64,000 bases of DNA from Eledone cirrhosa (lineage: Eukaryota), in contig OZ024757.1 of assembly GCA_964016885.1 (NCBI GenBank), positions 28,024,001 to 28,088,000 on the forward strand, written 5' to 3'. How positions within the stretch are numbered: position 1 is the first letter of the stretch; every line of letters begins with the position of its first letter. This document shows, piece after piece, positions 12,996 through 26,179 of this stretch. Both the position numbers and the translations under genes were made by a program. The notes under the pieces are model-generated. The model ran no database searches, was not told the DNA's origin, and saw only the letters and a list, made by a program, of their open reading frames with translations.

Positions 12996-14084
12996 AATAA
13001 TAATAACAATAATAATAAAAGACTTTTGTGATTGACCTCAGGAAGATGTTCTTAATTTTTGGTTTTCTCCTCTAAATTTTGTTCATTATTTCTTCTTTTA
13101 TTCTTTCTCCCCGCCACCTTTATTTTATTTTTTATTTACATTTTATTTTTCATTTTTATTCATTTTTCTAGTACTTCACCTTTATATTGCTAATTATTGC
13201 CACAGCCAACTAGAATTAAAATCTTTGCGGAAGCTGGAGGTCTAAAAGTGTTCTCTATGACCTTGAGAGTTTAAAATGTCGCTAATTAAATGGCACTGCC
13301 CTCTTTAGATTTTGTTAACAGATTTGGCGCAGATATGGCTGTGTGGCTAAGAAGTTTGCTTCAGAATCACATGGTTTTGGGGTTCAGTCTCACTGCATGG
13401 CACCTTGAGCAATTATATTTGGATTAACTGATGCCTTGTAAGAGTCAATTTAGAAACAGAAACTGTAAGAAAGCCTGTTATATATATATATATCTAGGGC
13501 GGGTAAAATTCCTGAGATCTATGGACGAGTTCTCTCCAGCGGTCTCTGTCCCTCATTATCACTGCCATATCCTAAGTCTCCAACATGTATATGTATGTGT
13601 GTTAGTATGTGTGTGTATGTGTTGGTATGCATGTATATATATATATATTTAAAAGAAAGTAGTTGTACTTGGGTTGATCCAGCATGGCCTCAGTCCAATC
13701 ACTGAAACCAGTAAACGAATACAAGAAGTATATGTCCAGCATGTCCTTTCTTTTTTAAGGGATGACAGAGTAGAATATGAGGGGGAGATTTGGCTGCTAT
13801 TTCTAGCAAGAGGTGGAGTATTAGCATTTATGCTTTGTCCCCTTGCTCCCTTCCTCACATCCATTCTTGTCATATTGACTTTCAGTTTTTAAACAGATGG
13901 TTAATTGGGTTTTGAAATAATGTAAAAATATATTTTAATGTAACACTAAAACAATAATAATAGATCAGCAACAACATATCTTATAATGTTTCTGAGTGCA
14001 TTTGGGTACAGTAGGGGTGTGGGTGTAAACTGAATGCATGTTGAGTGCAAACTGGATGAATATTGGGTAAATATTGGGTGTGAA

Positions 14085-14350
14085 CTGTATTTAAACTGGG
14101 TGCAATCTAGACACAAACTGGGTATAGACTGGGTAGAAATCTGGTATAGATTCGGTAGAAACAGGGTATAGATTAAATAGAAACTGGGTACAGCTTGGAT
14201 GGAAACTTGGTATAGATTGGGTGGAAATCTGGTAAAGATTATGTAGAAACTGGGTATAGATTGGGCGGAAACTAAGTATAGCTCAGGTGGAAACTAGGTA
14301 TATGTCAGGTGGAAACTTGGTATAGCTTGGGTAGAAACTTGGTATAGACA
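14085..14350. repeat. Minisatellite, ~20-21-bp unit GGGTAGAAACTGGGTATAGATT
   Basis: About 12 degenerate tandem units. Confidence 0.8.
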
Positions 14351-15238
14351 GTGGCAGAGAATGGAGATGAATGTGAGAATAATGTGGGAATAGTGATAGG
14401 CTGGTCGAGGACTGGCAGCTACATGCTGGTTGTTGGTAGAAGGTAAGAGATTAAGTTGAAACCAACATGAGCAATGTTATGGGTTAGTAATAGGTTTTGT
14501 GTCATGATAAATAGGCATCAAATTTACAAAGTCATTTAAGATAGAATGCTTTATGGTATTCATTCTGGCTCTTGACCACCGAGGTCAACTTTGCCTTTCA
14601 TCCTTTCGAGGTCAATAAAAAAAGTACCAGTCTAGTACTGGGGTTGATTCTTCCTCTATATCTCTTTCCCATTTCCTCTTTCTATCTTTCTCTGGAAGAA
14701 ATCTGCTGTGATCAGGCCTGGAGACAGATGGGCTCTGCCAGGCTTAAAATGCCCAAGAAATGCTATATGTCAATAAGGCGCTCCTATAACACTATCAGGA
14801 GTTATGGGACTATACATACATATATACATACATACATACATACATACATACATACATACATACATACATACATACATACATACATACATTGGAACAGTAA
14901 AAATATGTAAAACATTCCAAACATTTTGTATCTAATAACTGCATATACACATGTACAGATACAAAGCATATACACATGCACACATACAACTCAAAACATA
15001 CACATCCACACATACAGTAACATCCATATCTACACATGCATGCATACATAATCTACCTAGTTGATGTTGTGTAAATTCCAATGAGAGAGTCTTGTGTCTA
15101 TGTTAGAAACCGACTCTCTCTCTATTGGGAAAAAATTTTTGAAATTATAAAACCAGAAGAACATACATACATACATACATACAAAATACATACATACATA
15201 CATACATACATACATACATACATACATACATACATACA

Positions 15239-15478
15239 TGGAGCTACGGGTTATATCCCTACCCACTTGGACCAATGTATAACTGAACTTGGATTTGCGG
15301 ACAAAGAGCGCAGCTCCCTAATTCATAGTCTACAATTGGCTGCGATAGCTGGCACCTTCAAAATTTGCAAAACATTCTTGCAATTCAAGGGATAACAATT
15401 CCTTTTCTTTTACAACCTTGCCACCAGGAAGGTGGCTGGTCAAAAAAAATATACTCGAAATTAAGAGAAAGAGATAAC
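15239..15478 (+). mobile_element. 3' remnant of an R4/Dong/NeSL-like (restriction-like endonuclease) non-LTR retrotransposon inside (TACA)n
   Basis: GATGYIPTHLDQCITELGF...LQLAAIAGTFKICKTFLQFKG* resembles the GALG..P..L...Q..A..GT..I.R..L C-terminal motif; bounded by (TACA)n on both sides. Confidence 0.6.
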
Positions 15479-15894
15479 ATACATACATACATGTGTCATG
15501 ATAAGAGAAAGTAAGTTATAGATAGATAGCAATAACAGAGAAGTGTGATGGTAAATGTGAGTGGTAGGTGTCAGCTATGAGTCTGAAAAGCAAAAATTAA
15601 AATAAAATGATGGATTAGTGGTTAAAGTGCAATGGTATTGAATGAGCGATTGACATTACAGATATGGATGGTGGTAAATGAGAGTGGTAACTGTAAACTA
15701 ATATTCTCATAAGGGAAACAGAGAGAATGATATATATGAATATGCATTTTAGTAATGATGATTGATATGATACATTTCTACACACATAAACACACATATA
15801 TATGTATATACAGATATATGTATGTGGGTGAGTGTGTGTGTATATATGCAAATGTGTATGTATGTGTGTATATATATATTTATATATATATATA

Positions 15895-15969
15895 CAGGGT
15901 ATCCCCCCAAAATGTATACACATATTTATTAGAATGCTATTGAAGTGTTTGTATACATTTTTTGGGACA

Positions 15970-15975
<6 letters not shown>
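15895..15975. mobile_element. ~80-bp palindromic Tc1/mariner MITE (copies at 45086-45163 and 46298-46372)
   Basis: TIR CAGGGTGTCCC(C)AAAAA / TTTTTGGGGACACCCTG in TA context. Confidence 0.75.
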
Positions 15976-16017
<42 letters not shown>

Positions 16018-16020
<3 letters not shown>

Positions 16021-17750
16021 TCATCATCATCATCATCAACGTTTAACGTCCGTGTTCCACGCTTGCATGGGTTTGGACGGGGGTAGTCCCACTTGAGGCA
16101 AGAGTGATTGTCTTGCTCGCATAGGACTGTCTGGCAGGTTTTCTACGTTGGATGCCCTTCCTAACACCAACCAAATTTACAGTGTGGGTCTGGGAGGTTT
16201 TTACCGTGTTGCCTACACGGCCACATTACAGCGTGGACTGTGTGTTTTTTTGTCGTGACACCTACACAATCTCATTTGTTTCGGCCTGGATGGTGTGGCA
16301 CCCACCAACATAGCTTTACATAGAACGGGGTGGTGTGGATGGGGTGGGGGTGGGGTGGTGGGACGGGGGGGTATTTTGTTAGAGATGCCTACTGGCTGTA
16401 GTAGGTTTTACTATGTATTTAGGTAAGGCGGGTCTTCTCTGTTACTGAGTACCGCCAAAGGTCTCGGTCCAGTGACATTGTCTTGGAGAGGTGTAAGTGT
16501 GTGAGGTCGGAGTTTATCAGCTCGTCCAAGGTTTTTCTAGGTCTGCCTATTCCGTGGCTACCGTCTATCTTTATTGCCCTGCACTTTGTTATACAGCTAT
16601 CGACTTTCATGCGCATCACGTGTCCATACCAACGTAGCCTTCTCTCGAGTAAACAACATCTGATCCCTCTTATTTCTAATTTTTTCCTTAGTTTGTTTAT
16701 GCTTTGCCGTTCACGTATATTACTGTTACACATCCAGCGGAGCATGCAAGCTTCGTTCCTCTCTAGTCTGCGTATATCCTCTGCACACAATGCCCAGGTC
16801 TCACTGCCATGCAACATTGCTGTTCGTATGCAGGCATCGTACAACCTGCCTTTCATTTTTAGGGAGAACTCTTTAGCAGCTAATAGTGGTATAAGCTCTC
16901 TGAACTTTTTCCAACCAGTTCTGACTCTAGCTACTGTACTTTCTGAGCACCCTCCCCCACTGCTGATTTTATCACCCAGGTAACGGAAGCTGTCCACTAT
17001 TTCTATAGAACCCTCTGCGCAATTGAAAGAGCTAGTATTTTGTGGGCACTTGCTGCTACTTATTGCACCAGAGCACTGGCCACATGTAAAATCTATGTTC
17101 TTAGTTAGCTTACCTGTGATCCCAATACATCTTTTATGCACCCATACTTTGCATTTAGGACATAAAATAGAGTTTCTACCTACGCCTTTCCTACACACCG
17201 AGCACGACCATTTCCCAGAAGGGACCGCCGCCTTATTTTCTTTCCTACAAACTAGAACTTTAGTCTTAGCCAGGTTAATTTTAAGTCCTTTTGATTCTAG
17301 GCCGTGCTTCCATGTTTGGAATTTCTTCTCTAGCTCGGCCATTGATTCCGCTATGAGTGTCAGGTCGTCTGCGTATAGGAGTTCCCATGGGCAGCCGGTC
17401 TTGAACTCCTCTGTTATAGCCTGAAGGGCATTAATAAATAGTAGGGGGCTGAGAACAGAGCCCTGATGGACGCCAACTTTTACGCTAAACTCTTCACTAT
17501 ATTCGTTGTTAATTCTAACCTTGCTGACTGTTTCTTTATACATGGCTTGTATAGCTCTCACAAGCCATTCGTCAACGCCTAGTTTTCTAAGAGCCCACCA
17601 GATAATGGAGCGGGGGACTCTGTCGAAGGCTTTCTCCAAGTCGACAAAAGCTAAGTAGAGGGGTTTACCTTTAGCTAGGTACTTCTCCTGTAGTTGTCGT
17701 ACAATGAAAAGAGCGTCTGTGGTACTTTTGCCTGACACAAACCTGAACTG
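16018..17750 (-). mobile_element. 5'-truncated RTE-clade LINE
   Basis: RT ORF, ~400-nt 3' UTR and (ATG)n tail; lies between (TA)n tracts. Confidence 0.95.
16419..17738 (-). CDS. RTE LINE ORF fragment: reverse transcriptase with inserted PHD-like zinc finger (439 aa, uninterrupted)
   Basis: Motifs FVDLEKAFDRV, GVHQGSVLSPLLF, LLYADD, FRYLG, RRLRWYGHV, GRPRKT; CSVC-x10-CPKC-x4-H-x2-C...CGQC. Confidence 0.93.
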   Translation of the reverse strand: MSGKSTTDALFIVRQLQEKYLAKGKPLYLAFVDLEKAFDRVPRSIIWWALRKLGVDEWLVRAIQAMYKETVSKVRINNEYSEEFSVKVGVHQGSVLSPLLFINALQAITEEFKTGCPWELLYADDLTLIAESMAELEKKFQTWKHGLESKGLKINLAKTKVLVCRKENKAAVPSGKWSCSVCRKGVGRNSILCPKCKVWVHKRCIGITGKLTKNIDFTCGQCSGAISSSKCPQNTSSFNCAEGSIEIVDSFRYLGDKISSGGGCSESTVARVRTGWKKFRELIPLLAAKEFSLKMKGRLYDACIRTAMLHGSETWALCAEDIRRLERNEACMLRWMCNSNIRERQSINKLRKKLEIRGIRCCLLERRLRWYGHVMRMKVDSCITKCRAIKIDGSHGIGRPRKTLDELINSDLTHLHLSKTMSLDRDLWRYSVTEKTRLT

Positions 17751-17900
17751 TATATATATATATATATATATACATAAGCAAAGGGATATTTAATTTGTTG
17801 GTAATTCAACAAATATATTTATAACAGATTCGAAGCACTCGACAAGTTTTCTGGAGTATAATATGGTTTTATAAATATAGTTTCCATTTATTAATATCAT

Positions 17901-17938
<38 letters not shown>

Positions 17939-18388
17939 TTTAGTACAGCATTAACGAAGCTTTAGAACACGGCCAAGCTAACGAATTCAGAATCGGTCTG
18001 TAGCTTTAGCACTCGGAGTAATAACAATACGTTCAGACAGCTTAGCAAATCAGATATAGCGGTCGGCAGTCCAGCCGCATCACTAGAGCAACGAAAATAC
18101 AGGACCCAGGAAAAGATTTTATACTGACCCGGACAGAGCGGTGAGGCTGAATGTAAAATATATAATGTACATCGTATATCACACAATATACATCACATAC
18201 AGCACCCAACATCAGCGCTAATTATCTGCAAATCCAAGATCGACAAATTCCGATTGCAGGAGTCTGCCATATAATGGTTTTTGATGACAGAACATAGGAT
18301 TTCCTTCTTCACCAAGTCTTTCGTTCTTAGCCTGAGCGGGCATGTTGTAGCTTTAAATTTCGCCACAGACACGTGGTTTTCTCCAAGA

Positions 18389-18448
<60 letters not shown>

Positions 18449-18793
18449 GGCTATGTTAAATTGATACCAATTGTGTCAATTGCGAAAACAGATGTAAATG
18501 TGAAATGAAAGAAAATATACATATATATTAAACTTTACAAGATGGGGGGTACAGAATATTCCAGAGTATTCTAGAGTATCACAGAATACTTATAGAATAT
18601 CATAAATTATTTACACTTTAGTTGTGTTAAAGACCTGACAACATCAATGGTGTTGATGATGGACATGACACACACACCCAGTACACTGGTGATAGGAAGG
18701 ACTTGCAAACATTGAAAATCTGTCAAACAAAAGGTCAGAAGGACCCTTTAGCTACATCAAAGAACTTTCAATCCCTAGTGCTAATGTTATGAT

Positions 18794-18959
18794 CAGTGTT
18801 GGATTTATCATTGGGCTTAGGTGTGCTTAAATGCAGGGCCCCATTAGCCAGTGGAGCCCATCTTCCTACCAAAATGTTTTTTCACCTCCTTCAGGGTCCA
18901 AGTAAGGGGCCTCATAACTTAACTAGCACAGGGCCTCATTTGTCCTAAATCCAGCACTG
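18794..18959. mobile_element. hAT-type MITE
   Basis: TIR CAGTGTTGGATTTA / TAAATCCAGCACTG; homologous to 30250-30397. Confidence 0.7.
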
Positions 18960-21139
18960 TGTAGAGCATAGGGCCATATGTAAGCAAGGTGCCACCCTTC
19001 ACAGCTTATATGAGAGGTCAGTAGACTTGGTCTGTGAAGACCTGTCCAACCTTTGCTAACAAGAAAAATAGACATTAAATAATGATAATGAAGATAATGA
19101 TATTACAAATTGTATTACAGAGTATTTATAGAGTATGTTATCAGATTATTTGCAGTGTATTCCAGAATATTATTACTAAACTCCTGTTGATTGGTACAGA
19201 GTATTAAAGAGGATCATTGCCGATTATTAGGTGGTGAATTAGCTGAGTCATTAGAACATCAGTTAGAATGCTTCAAGGTATTTGTTTCAACACACTGCAC
19301 ACTGATTTCAAATTCTGCCAGGGTCAACATTACCTTTCAATCTTTTGAGATTCATAAATAAAGTAGCAGTCCAGTAAGGTAAAGTTAAGTAGCCCTTAAC
19401 TCCAGATGTAGTTTTAGGGGTGCCATCCTTGGACATTTTTTACTCTGGCAGAGACCACCCCTCTCCAGGTCAGAACAAGCTGATTTTTTTCCAGAGAGAG
19501 AGAATTTTGGGGTGGGGGTAGGATTGACCCCAGTAATGGACTGGTACTTTATTTATTAACCCCAGCAGGGTTTGAAGTTGACTTTACACTTTATTCTTTT
19601 GAGGTCCATAAATAAAAGTACCAGTTCAGTACCGTACTGGGGCCAATTCTTCATCTATCTCCTGTTCTCACATCCAACCATTTGCCTTTATTATGGGAGG
19701 TAGCATCATATAAAGTAAGTCATGGTATGAGGTGGTGTGTTTTCCCACTAGTCAATAACATCCATCATGGATTATTCACTGAAAAACATCTGGCTACAGG
19801 GCTCTGATGTTAAGCTAAGAAGCTGGTCAAAAATTTCCCTAGAGAATTAGAGGACCCTCACCCCATCCAGCATCAAAGCTTAACGATGGACCTGCTCGTT
19901 ATTATATTTTTTATTTGAGGTTACACAGTGCACACATCTTACAGTGCATACATCTTTTATTTCCTTTATGCGGACTTAACCAACGATAACAGGCTACTGC
20001 TGACAACAGAAATCTGAATGAATATTGAAATTATTGTCATAGAGTCGTCTGTAACTTATAGCTACAAGCTCCGCCCACTTTTTTTTTTTTTTTTCATGAT
20101 ACGACTGGGGCCCCTATCATTGAAACACACAAGAAACTCCTCGTGAGTTTGCAGCCTTGTATATAAAGCCAGCTAAACATATGTGAGCGGGGCAATATCA
20201 TATAAACTTTCTATATTGAAGTGAAAGTAAAAGCCAGCCGATCCGATGTACTGGTTGTTTTTATTAACGATATAATTCAAGTAGTGAATAATGATATAAA
20301 AGAAAAAATCGAACTGTTTTAAGGAAAAAATAAATATAAATATGTTTGACCCATTATCACACGTTAGTTACGTCCGTAATTTTCATAGGATTGTATTTTC
20401 TTTTCAATATGGAAGGTTTATAGAATTTTGCACAGTGCCGTAACAACAACAAACCAACAACAATCCCATGTGCATCTAACTTATAGCCACAGGTTGGCAA
20501 TCCTTTGGGCATCTTTAATATGTAGCTGTATGTTTTTCTGCATTTTCAACTTGCAGCTACTGATCCAGAAGCTTTTTTTCAAAACGTAATTTATAGCCGC
20601 AATTCTTTTGACATCTTTAATGTTTAAGTCACGTGACCGTGACGGCCATTAAGCCTTTGGAACCACGTAACTTTCACTTACACATACTTCATCAGTTGTA
20701 AACATCACACGCCTATTTATTATCAACAACATTGCAATCCCTTTAACAATTCTTTGTAGTTAACAGTTTTGAAAGCCTTAACAACTTATGTGGTCAACAC
20801 AGATTCATCGTCCGTTGTAACAACATAGATTCAATCTATGTATCAACTATCATTCGAACTTTTAACTTAGTCAGTCTCAAAGCTGGCCACGTGCTTAGTT
20901 GAACGAAACTGTCACTTTCTGAAAGTATGTTTATTTTTCTTTTATCAACTTCGACCGTATGACATTTCGAAATTACTTTGCGTTAATATATACATGTAGC
21001 TTTTTTTCTTTTTATCACTGTTGTCATTTTATAAACTTACTACATATTACCCGATAAAAATCTACGGTGACTTAACTTTCGTGTTGAACATATGATATGA
21101 ACTGTTGTTTTCCCTATGGCAGACGAACTAAAAAACATC

Positions 21140-21470
21140 AATATAGCTTTTTGAATCAAAAAGATTTATATAGCCCTTCAAATCAAAAACCCGTACATAG
21201 TCTTTTGAATTAAACCTTTGAATAAAAAGCGTGTATATCGCATTTTTAATCGCAACCGTTTATTTAGCTGTTTAAATCAAAATCGTTTATATAGGTCTTT
21301 AAATCAAAAATCGAATTAAACCGTGTATATAGCTTTTTTAATCTAAAGCGTTTATATAGCCTTTTAAATAAATTAAAAAATGTTTTAATGAAATAGTTCT
21401 TTGAATCAAACGCTTTCTGTTTTGAATCAAGCCGTTTACATAGTACTTTGAATATCTAATCGCTTGTATA
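21140..21470. repeat. Degenerate ~28-bp minisatellite TATATAGCTTTTTAAATCAAAACCGTT
   Basis: About 10 diverged tandem units. Confidence 0.7.
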
Positions 21471-21589
21471 TTAATTACGTCAATAATTATTATCCCATTA
21501 ATTAGACTAAATATGTCTACAAGGTACCGATGGAAATGTGGAAATTAACCCTTGAATATAATTATAATGTATTACATTAATGTTAACAG

Positions 21590-21763
21590 CAGACCTGTCA
21601 ACTCTCCCTCTCCGACGGGGATCTCCCGCCCACTTTGGGGTGGGTGAGAGATTATTCTCTTGTGAAAATGGGTATAGCTTTCATTATGTAAAATCTCCGC
21701 CCGTTTTGGGGCACTCTTATTCATGGTACTCCCCGTTTGGATTTTTAGAGGTTGACAGGTCTG
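21590..21763. mobile_element. hAT-like MITE with 6-bp TSD
   Basis: TIR CAGACCTGTCAAC / GTTGACAGGTCTG; TAACAG directly repeated on both sides; second copy at 40472-40674. Confidence 0.8.
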
Positions 21764-23339
21764 TAACAGAAACAGCATTTCTACAAATCTAAGCTGATTT
21801 GAATCATAAAACTAGGATCAGTTTTATATCAAAAAGGTTTCTAATTTAGGTATAAGGCCAATAATCTTTTGCAGGGATGGAAGTCGATTATATAGACCCA
21901 AGTACTTTACTGGAACTTTATCTTATCAGCCACAGAAAGATAAAAGGCAAAGTTGACCTTGGCAAGATTTGAGCTAAGAATGTAAAAAGCTGGAACAAAT
22001 ACTGCAAAGCATTTTACCCAATGCTTACATGATTCTGTCAATCCACATCTTAAAAAGGTTAAGCAAAATGGTAACAGCATCAATATCACGAGTTTTAGAA
22101 TGCCTGTAAAAGCCATGGGCACTGCCCTTTTTCCTGATCAAACTAATAAAAAGAAAATAATGAAATTCAATGATTTCTTTTTTTACTCCTATCTTTGAAA
22201 TTTATAATTGATAAAATCTAGGCTATTTTCCACTAATAAACATTTTTCCTGTTTGTATGAGGGCTTGTAATGTGGTTTTGTTTAACCTTAGGCCAGCCCT
22301 GATCAAACAGATCTATAATCGAAGGCAATACAGCTGTGACAATCAAGTTTCTTTGTTTTCAGGCTGCAGATCTTAGACTACATTATCCAATGTGTCAAAC
22401 CATTTTTTTTAATGGCTGGCTTGCATGGTGTGAATGAAGGATATTCGTCTGCTATTGCTAGCAGGATGAGTGACCACATACAGGCTTATCTCATTGATTT
22501 CTATGGATTACATATGGATTACATGCTGGAGTATTACATGATCAACTGTGTGGTGAGTACTTTTATATTTTTCTTACTAACACAATCATTCAAGGCCACA
22601 CTTGTATGGCAAAAGACTTTAACAATCTAATTAATACTTAATTAATCAATTAATTGATAATGATTAAATGAAATACAATCACTATGTGTGTGTGTGTATA
22701 TATATTATGATCTTTGTAAAGTACAACAATATCTATTTCGATACATGGTTTCATATATATGTATATGTTTGTAATGTATATATATGTGTGTGTGTGTGTG
22801 TGTATAGTTTCAAAAAGAGTATCAGATCTGTAATCTTTCAAGTTTGTGAAGTAGTGGCTCTACCTGGAGTGACTCTCTGCTTTGCAGGCTACAAATCTGT
22901 CCAGCAATTCTTTCCTCACACATTCTAACCACATTCCCATAGTATCGAAGCTGTGATCTCCCAATTCGAAAAAGATGTTTAGTGATATATTAATTAATCT
23001 CAGGAAATTATGTATTTAATTCAATTAATCAAATCAGTAACAAACTGGGATCCTTTATCGTTTAGTAATGAGCCCATCCTATTGGAATCATAATTGTTCT
23101 GGGTTAAACATGGGATTTATATAGAGAACACTAGAATCTCCAAGGTTTTTTTTTGGGGGGGGGGGGGGGGAATCAAGGTCCCTTATCCCAGTTCTATTAA
23201 CAGTATTCTGCAATATCTTTGGACATGGTCATCATTATCATCGTCGTCATCATCATTGTTGTCAGCATCATGTTACAGATGTGTATGTGTATTTCTAAAA
23301 TTTCTGTATAACTACATATGTTGTTGAATTTGTGATGTA

Positions 23340-24355
23340 TGGCATGTTATTTTGCTGTGTGGTATGGTGTGGTGTGATGTTATATTATGTGGTGTGATGG
23401 GGTGCTGTGATATTATGTGGTGGTGTGGTGTGTTGTGGTGTGGTGTTGCTGTGTGGTGTGATGTTAAATTATGTGGTGGTATGGTGTTGTGTTGCTGTGT
23501 AGTGTTATGTTATGTGGTGTTGTGGTGAAGTGATGTTATATCATGCTGTGGAGTGGTGTTGTGTTGTGGTGTGGTGCTATGTTGTGTGGTTTGATGTTAT
23601 GTTGTGGTGGAGTGGTGTTATATTATGTGGTGGTGTTGTGTTGTGTTGCTGTGTGGTGTAATGGTGTTATATGCTGTGTTGTGGTGGAGTGGTTTTATGT
23701 TGCTGTGTGATGTTATATTATGTTGTGGTGGAGGGGTGTTGTGTTGCTCTGTGGTGTGATGTAATATTATGTTGTGGTGGAGTGGTGCTGTGTTGTTGTG
23801 TGGTGTGATGTAATATCATGTTATGTTGTGGTGGAGTGGTGCTGTGTTGTGCGGTGTGATGTAATGTTATGTTATATTGTGCTGTGTTGTGTAACTGTGT
23901 GGTGTGATGTTATACAAGGGTCGGGTGAAAAGTTCATAGACTGGCTATGAAGGATTGATGCTAGAGCTGCGAAATCTTGCATGCATTAATTTCAACTCTT
24001 CTTATCAATAACTGCATTGTTTCTTTCTGGGGACTATGTTGAAAAATAAACCTCATTTGGTCATTTCATGAGAGTATCTTGGTCAGCCTATGAACTTTTC
24101 AGTCAGTCCTTGTATTATGTTGTGGAGAGGTATAGTGTTGCTGTGTAGTATGTTGTATTGTTTTGCTATGTAGTGTGTAGTGTGGTGTTGTGTTGTTTAG
24201 TATTGCTATGTAGTATAGTATTGTGTTGTGGTGTTTGTTGTGTCGTTGTGTTATCTTGATTTGTTGTGTAGTGTTGTGTTGTGTTAATACTCTTTTCTGT
24301 TGTGTAGTGTTACTGTGTGGTGTAGTGTTGTGTATTGTGATATTGTGTTGCTGTG
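23340..24355. repeat. Degenerate (TGTGG/TGTTG)n low-complexity tract (similar tracts at 2510-2800 and 38150-38640)
   Basis: Visible pentamer periodicity. Confidence 0.85.
23915..24112 (+). mobile_element. Mariner deletion derivative (MITE)
   Basis: TA-flanked TIRs CAAGGGTCGGGTGAAAAGTTCATAG / CTATGAACTTTTCAGTCAGTCCTTG; retains transposase C-terminus GGGGACTATGTTGAAAAATAA (GDYVEK*). Confidence 0.8.
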
Positions 24356-24549
24356 ACTATATACATACATCATTATCATCATCACTGCTTAACATCCTTC
24401 TTTCCATGCTAACATGGGTTAGACAAGTTCTCCCATTGTGAGACAAGCCAGATCAGATGACCATGTCTTGCTCATACATGCATATACATATATACTCTTA
24501 TATGCACATATAGACAAATATGTTCACATATATATGTACACACTATATG

Positions 24550-24580
<31 letters not shown>

Positions 24581-26179
24581 GCATTGTCCAATTGCCTTAT
24601 ATGTATATGTTCATGCACACTGTGTAGATTGAGATAGACATTTTCCAAAATGGCGCACATTCTTCTATGGATATACTCAAATAAACATGTTTACATCTGT
24701 ACATATATACACGTTTTTACACTTGCACCTAACTTACTATACGCATGTGTGTAATATACACGTGTATGATAGACATGTTTACATAAGTGCACTTGCATGC
24801 ATGTGTTTTTACACTCATACATACAGCTTACTGTAAATATGTGTGTAATATATGTATGATTATGTACACATGTATACATTTACTGTCTCTTGGGGTCACA
24901 CACATATAAAAAATGACACCTACAAACATATTAAATCTGTATACATACACACATACATATTGACACAGTTATACAGATATACACACATAACTGTATCAAA
25001 ATATATTTTCTGACAATTTATTTGCTGGAATGTTTCATTGCATACATATATACACATGTTAGATTAGAGTTAACCCTTTATGTCATATATACACATGTTA
25101 GATTAGAGTTAACCCTTTATGTCATTATTAAAGTGTTCAAATAGAAATTCAAACCTTGGACTAAAATTTTATTATTGTGACAGATATTAGATTTGCTGAG
25201 GTTAGCTCTCCTTTTCATCCCTATGGCATCGATAAAATAAAGCACCGGTAATGTACTGGGGTAATTGCTGGCTTTGTACCAGAAGTAGAAACAATTAAGT
25301 TAAAAGTCGAGGGCAGTTGATTGCAGTATCGGTAGAGTGTCGGACACCCTGCTTCGTGGTATAGAGTTACGGCCCTTTATGTTCTGAGTTCAAATCCCAC
25401 CGAGGTTAGCTTTACCTTTCGTCTTTACAGGGTCAATAAAATAAAGTACCAGTCATGCACTGAGTTCGATTTAATCAGCTTTCTCCTTACCCCAAAATTG
25501 CTGGCTTTTTGTCTAAATCAGAAACCTTTATTAAGTTAAAAGTTAGTTATTTCACTAAACCTATCATAATTTGTTATTATTTTAATAACACCCTGAAATA
25601 GTTTAAATCAAATCTTTAAAAACCGGTTTGTTAATATAAGTGTTTGTAGTATCTTTATTAGTGGACAGATTGTTGTAAAATTTTGTAGTAAACATAAGAT
25701 TATAATTTTTGATATGAAGTATTTATTGTGCTGTTTTGCCCATTTTAAGAATGTGTTGCTAATTGTGGTGTCTAATTGTGATACGGGATGTTAAAAGTTA
25801 AACATATGATCAAAAAAGGGTTAGTGATCATTAGGATTAGAATGAGGGTTCATTGGAGCTGTTGTTAGGGATCCTTTGTCAGCTTGTGTCTGTGTGTGTA
25901 TGTAGAATATGTATGTAAATAAATACAGCATGTGAAGTAAATCCAGTATGTCAGACGAGGTATTTTCATTTTCTCATTTGGTGAGCTTTTGTCAATGATA
26001 TCACAAAATAGATCAAACCTTGAGATATTTATGGATTTCTAAAATTTCTGGTACTAAGGGAGGGATCAATTAGTTATATAGACCAGAGATTTTCACTGAT
26101 GGGGAAGGGCGGGGGATGGTTTATCCACCCAATGACCTGTACCAGAATAAAAAGAGTAAAGTTAGCCCTCGCAGGATTT

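Noticed and set aside
13172-13245. Plus-strand acceptor with a short frame (LHLYIANYCHSQLELKSLRKLEV*)
   Set aside because: No partner exons or recognisable homology
20665-20695. Minus-strand CTGATGA...GAAA
   Set aside because: Stems II and III do not pair
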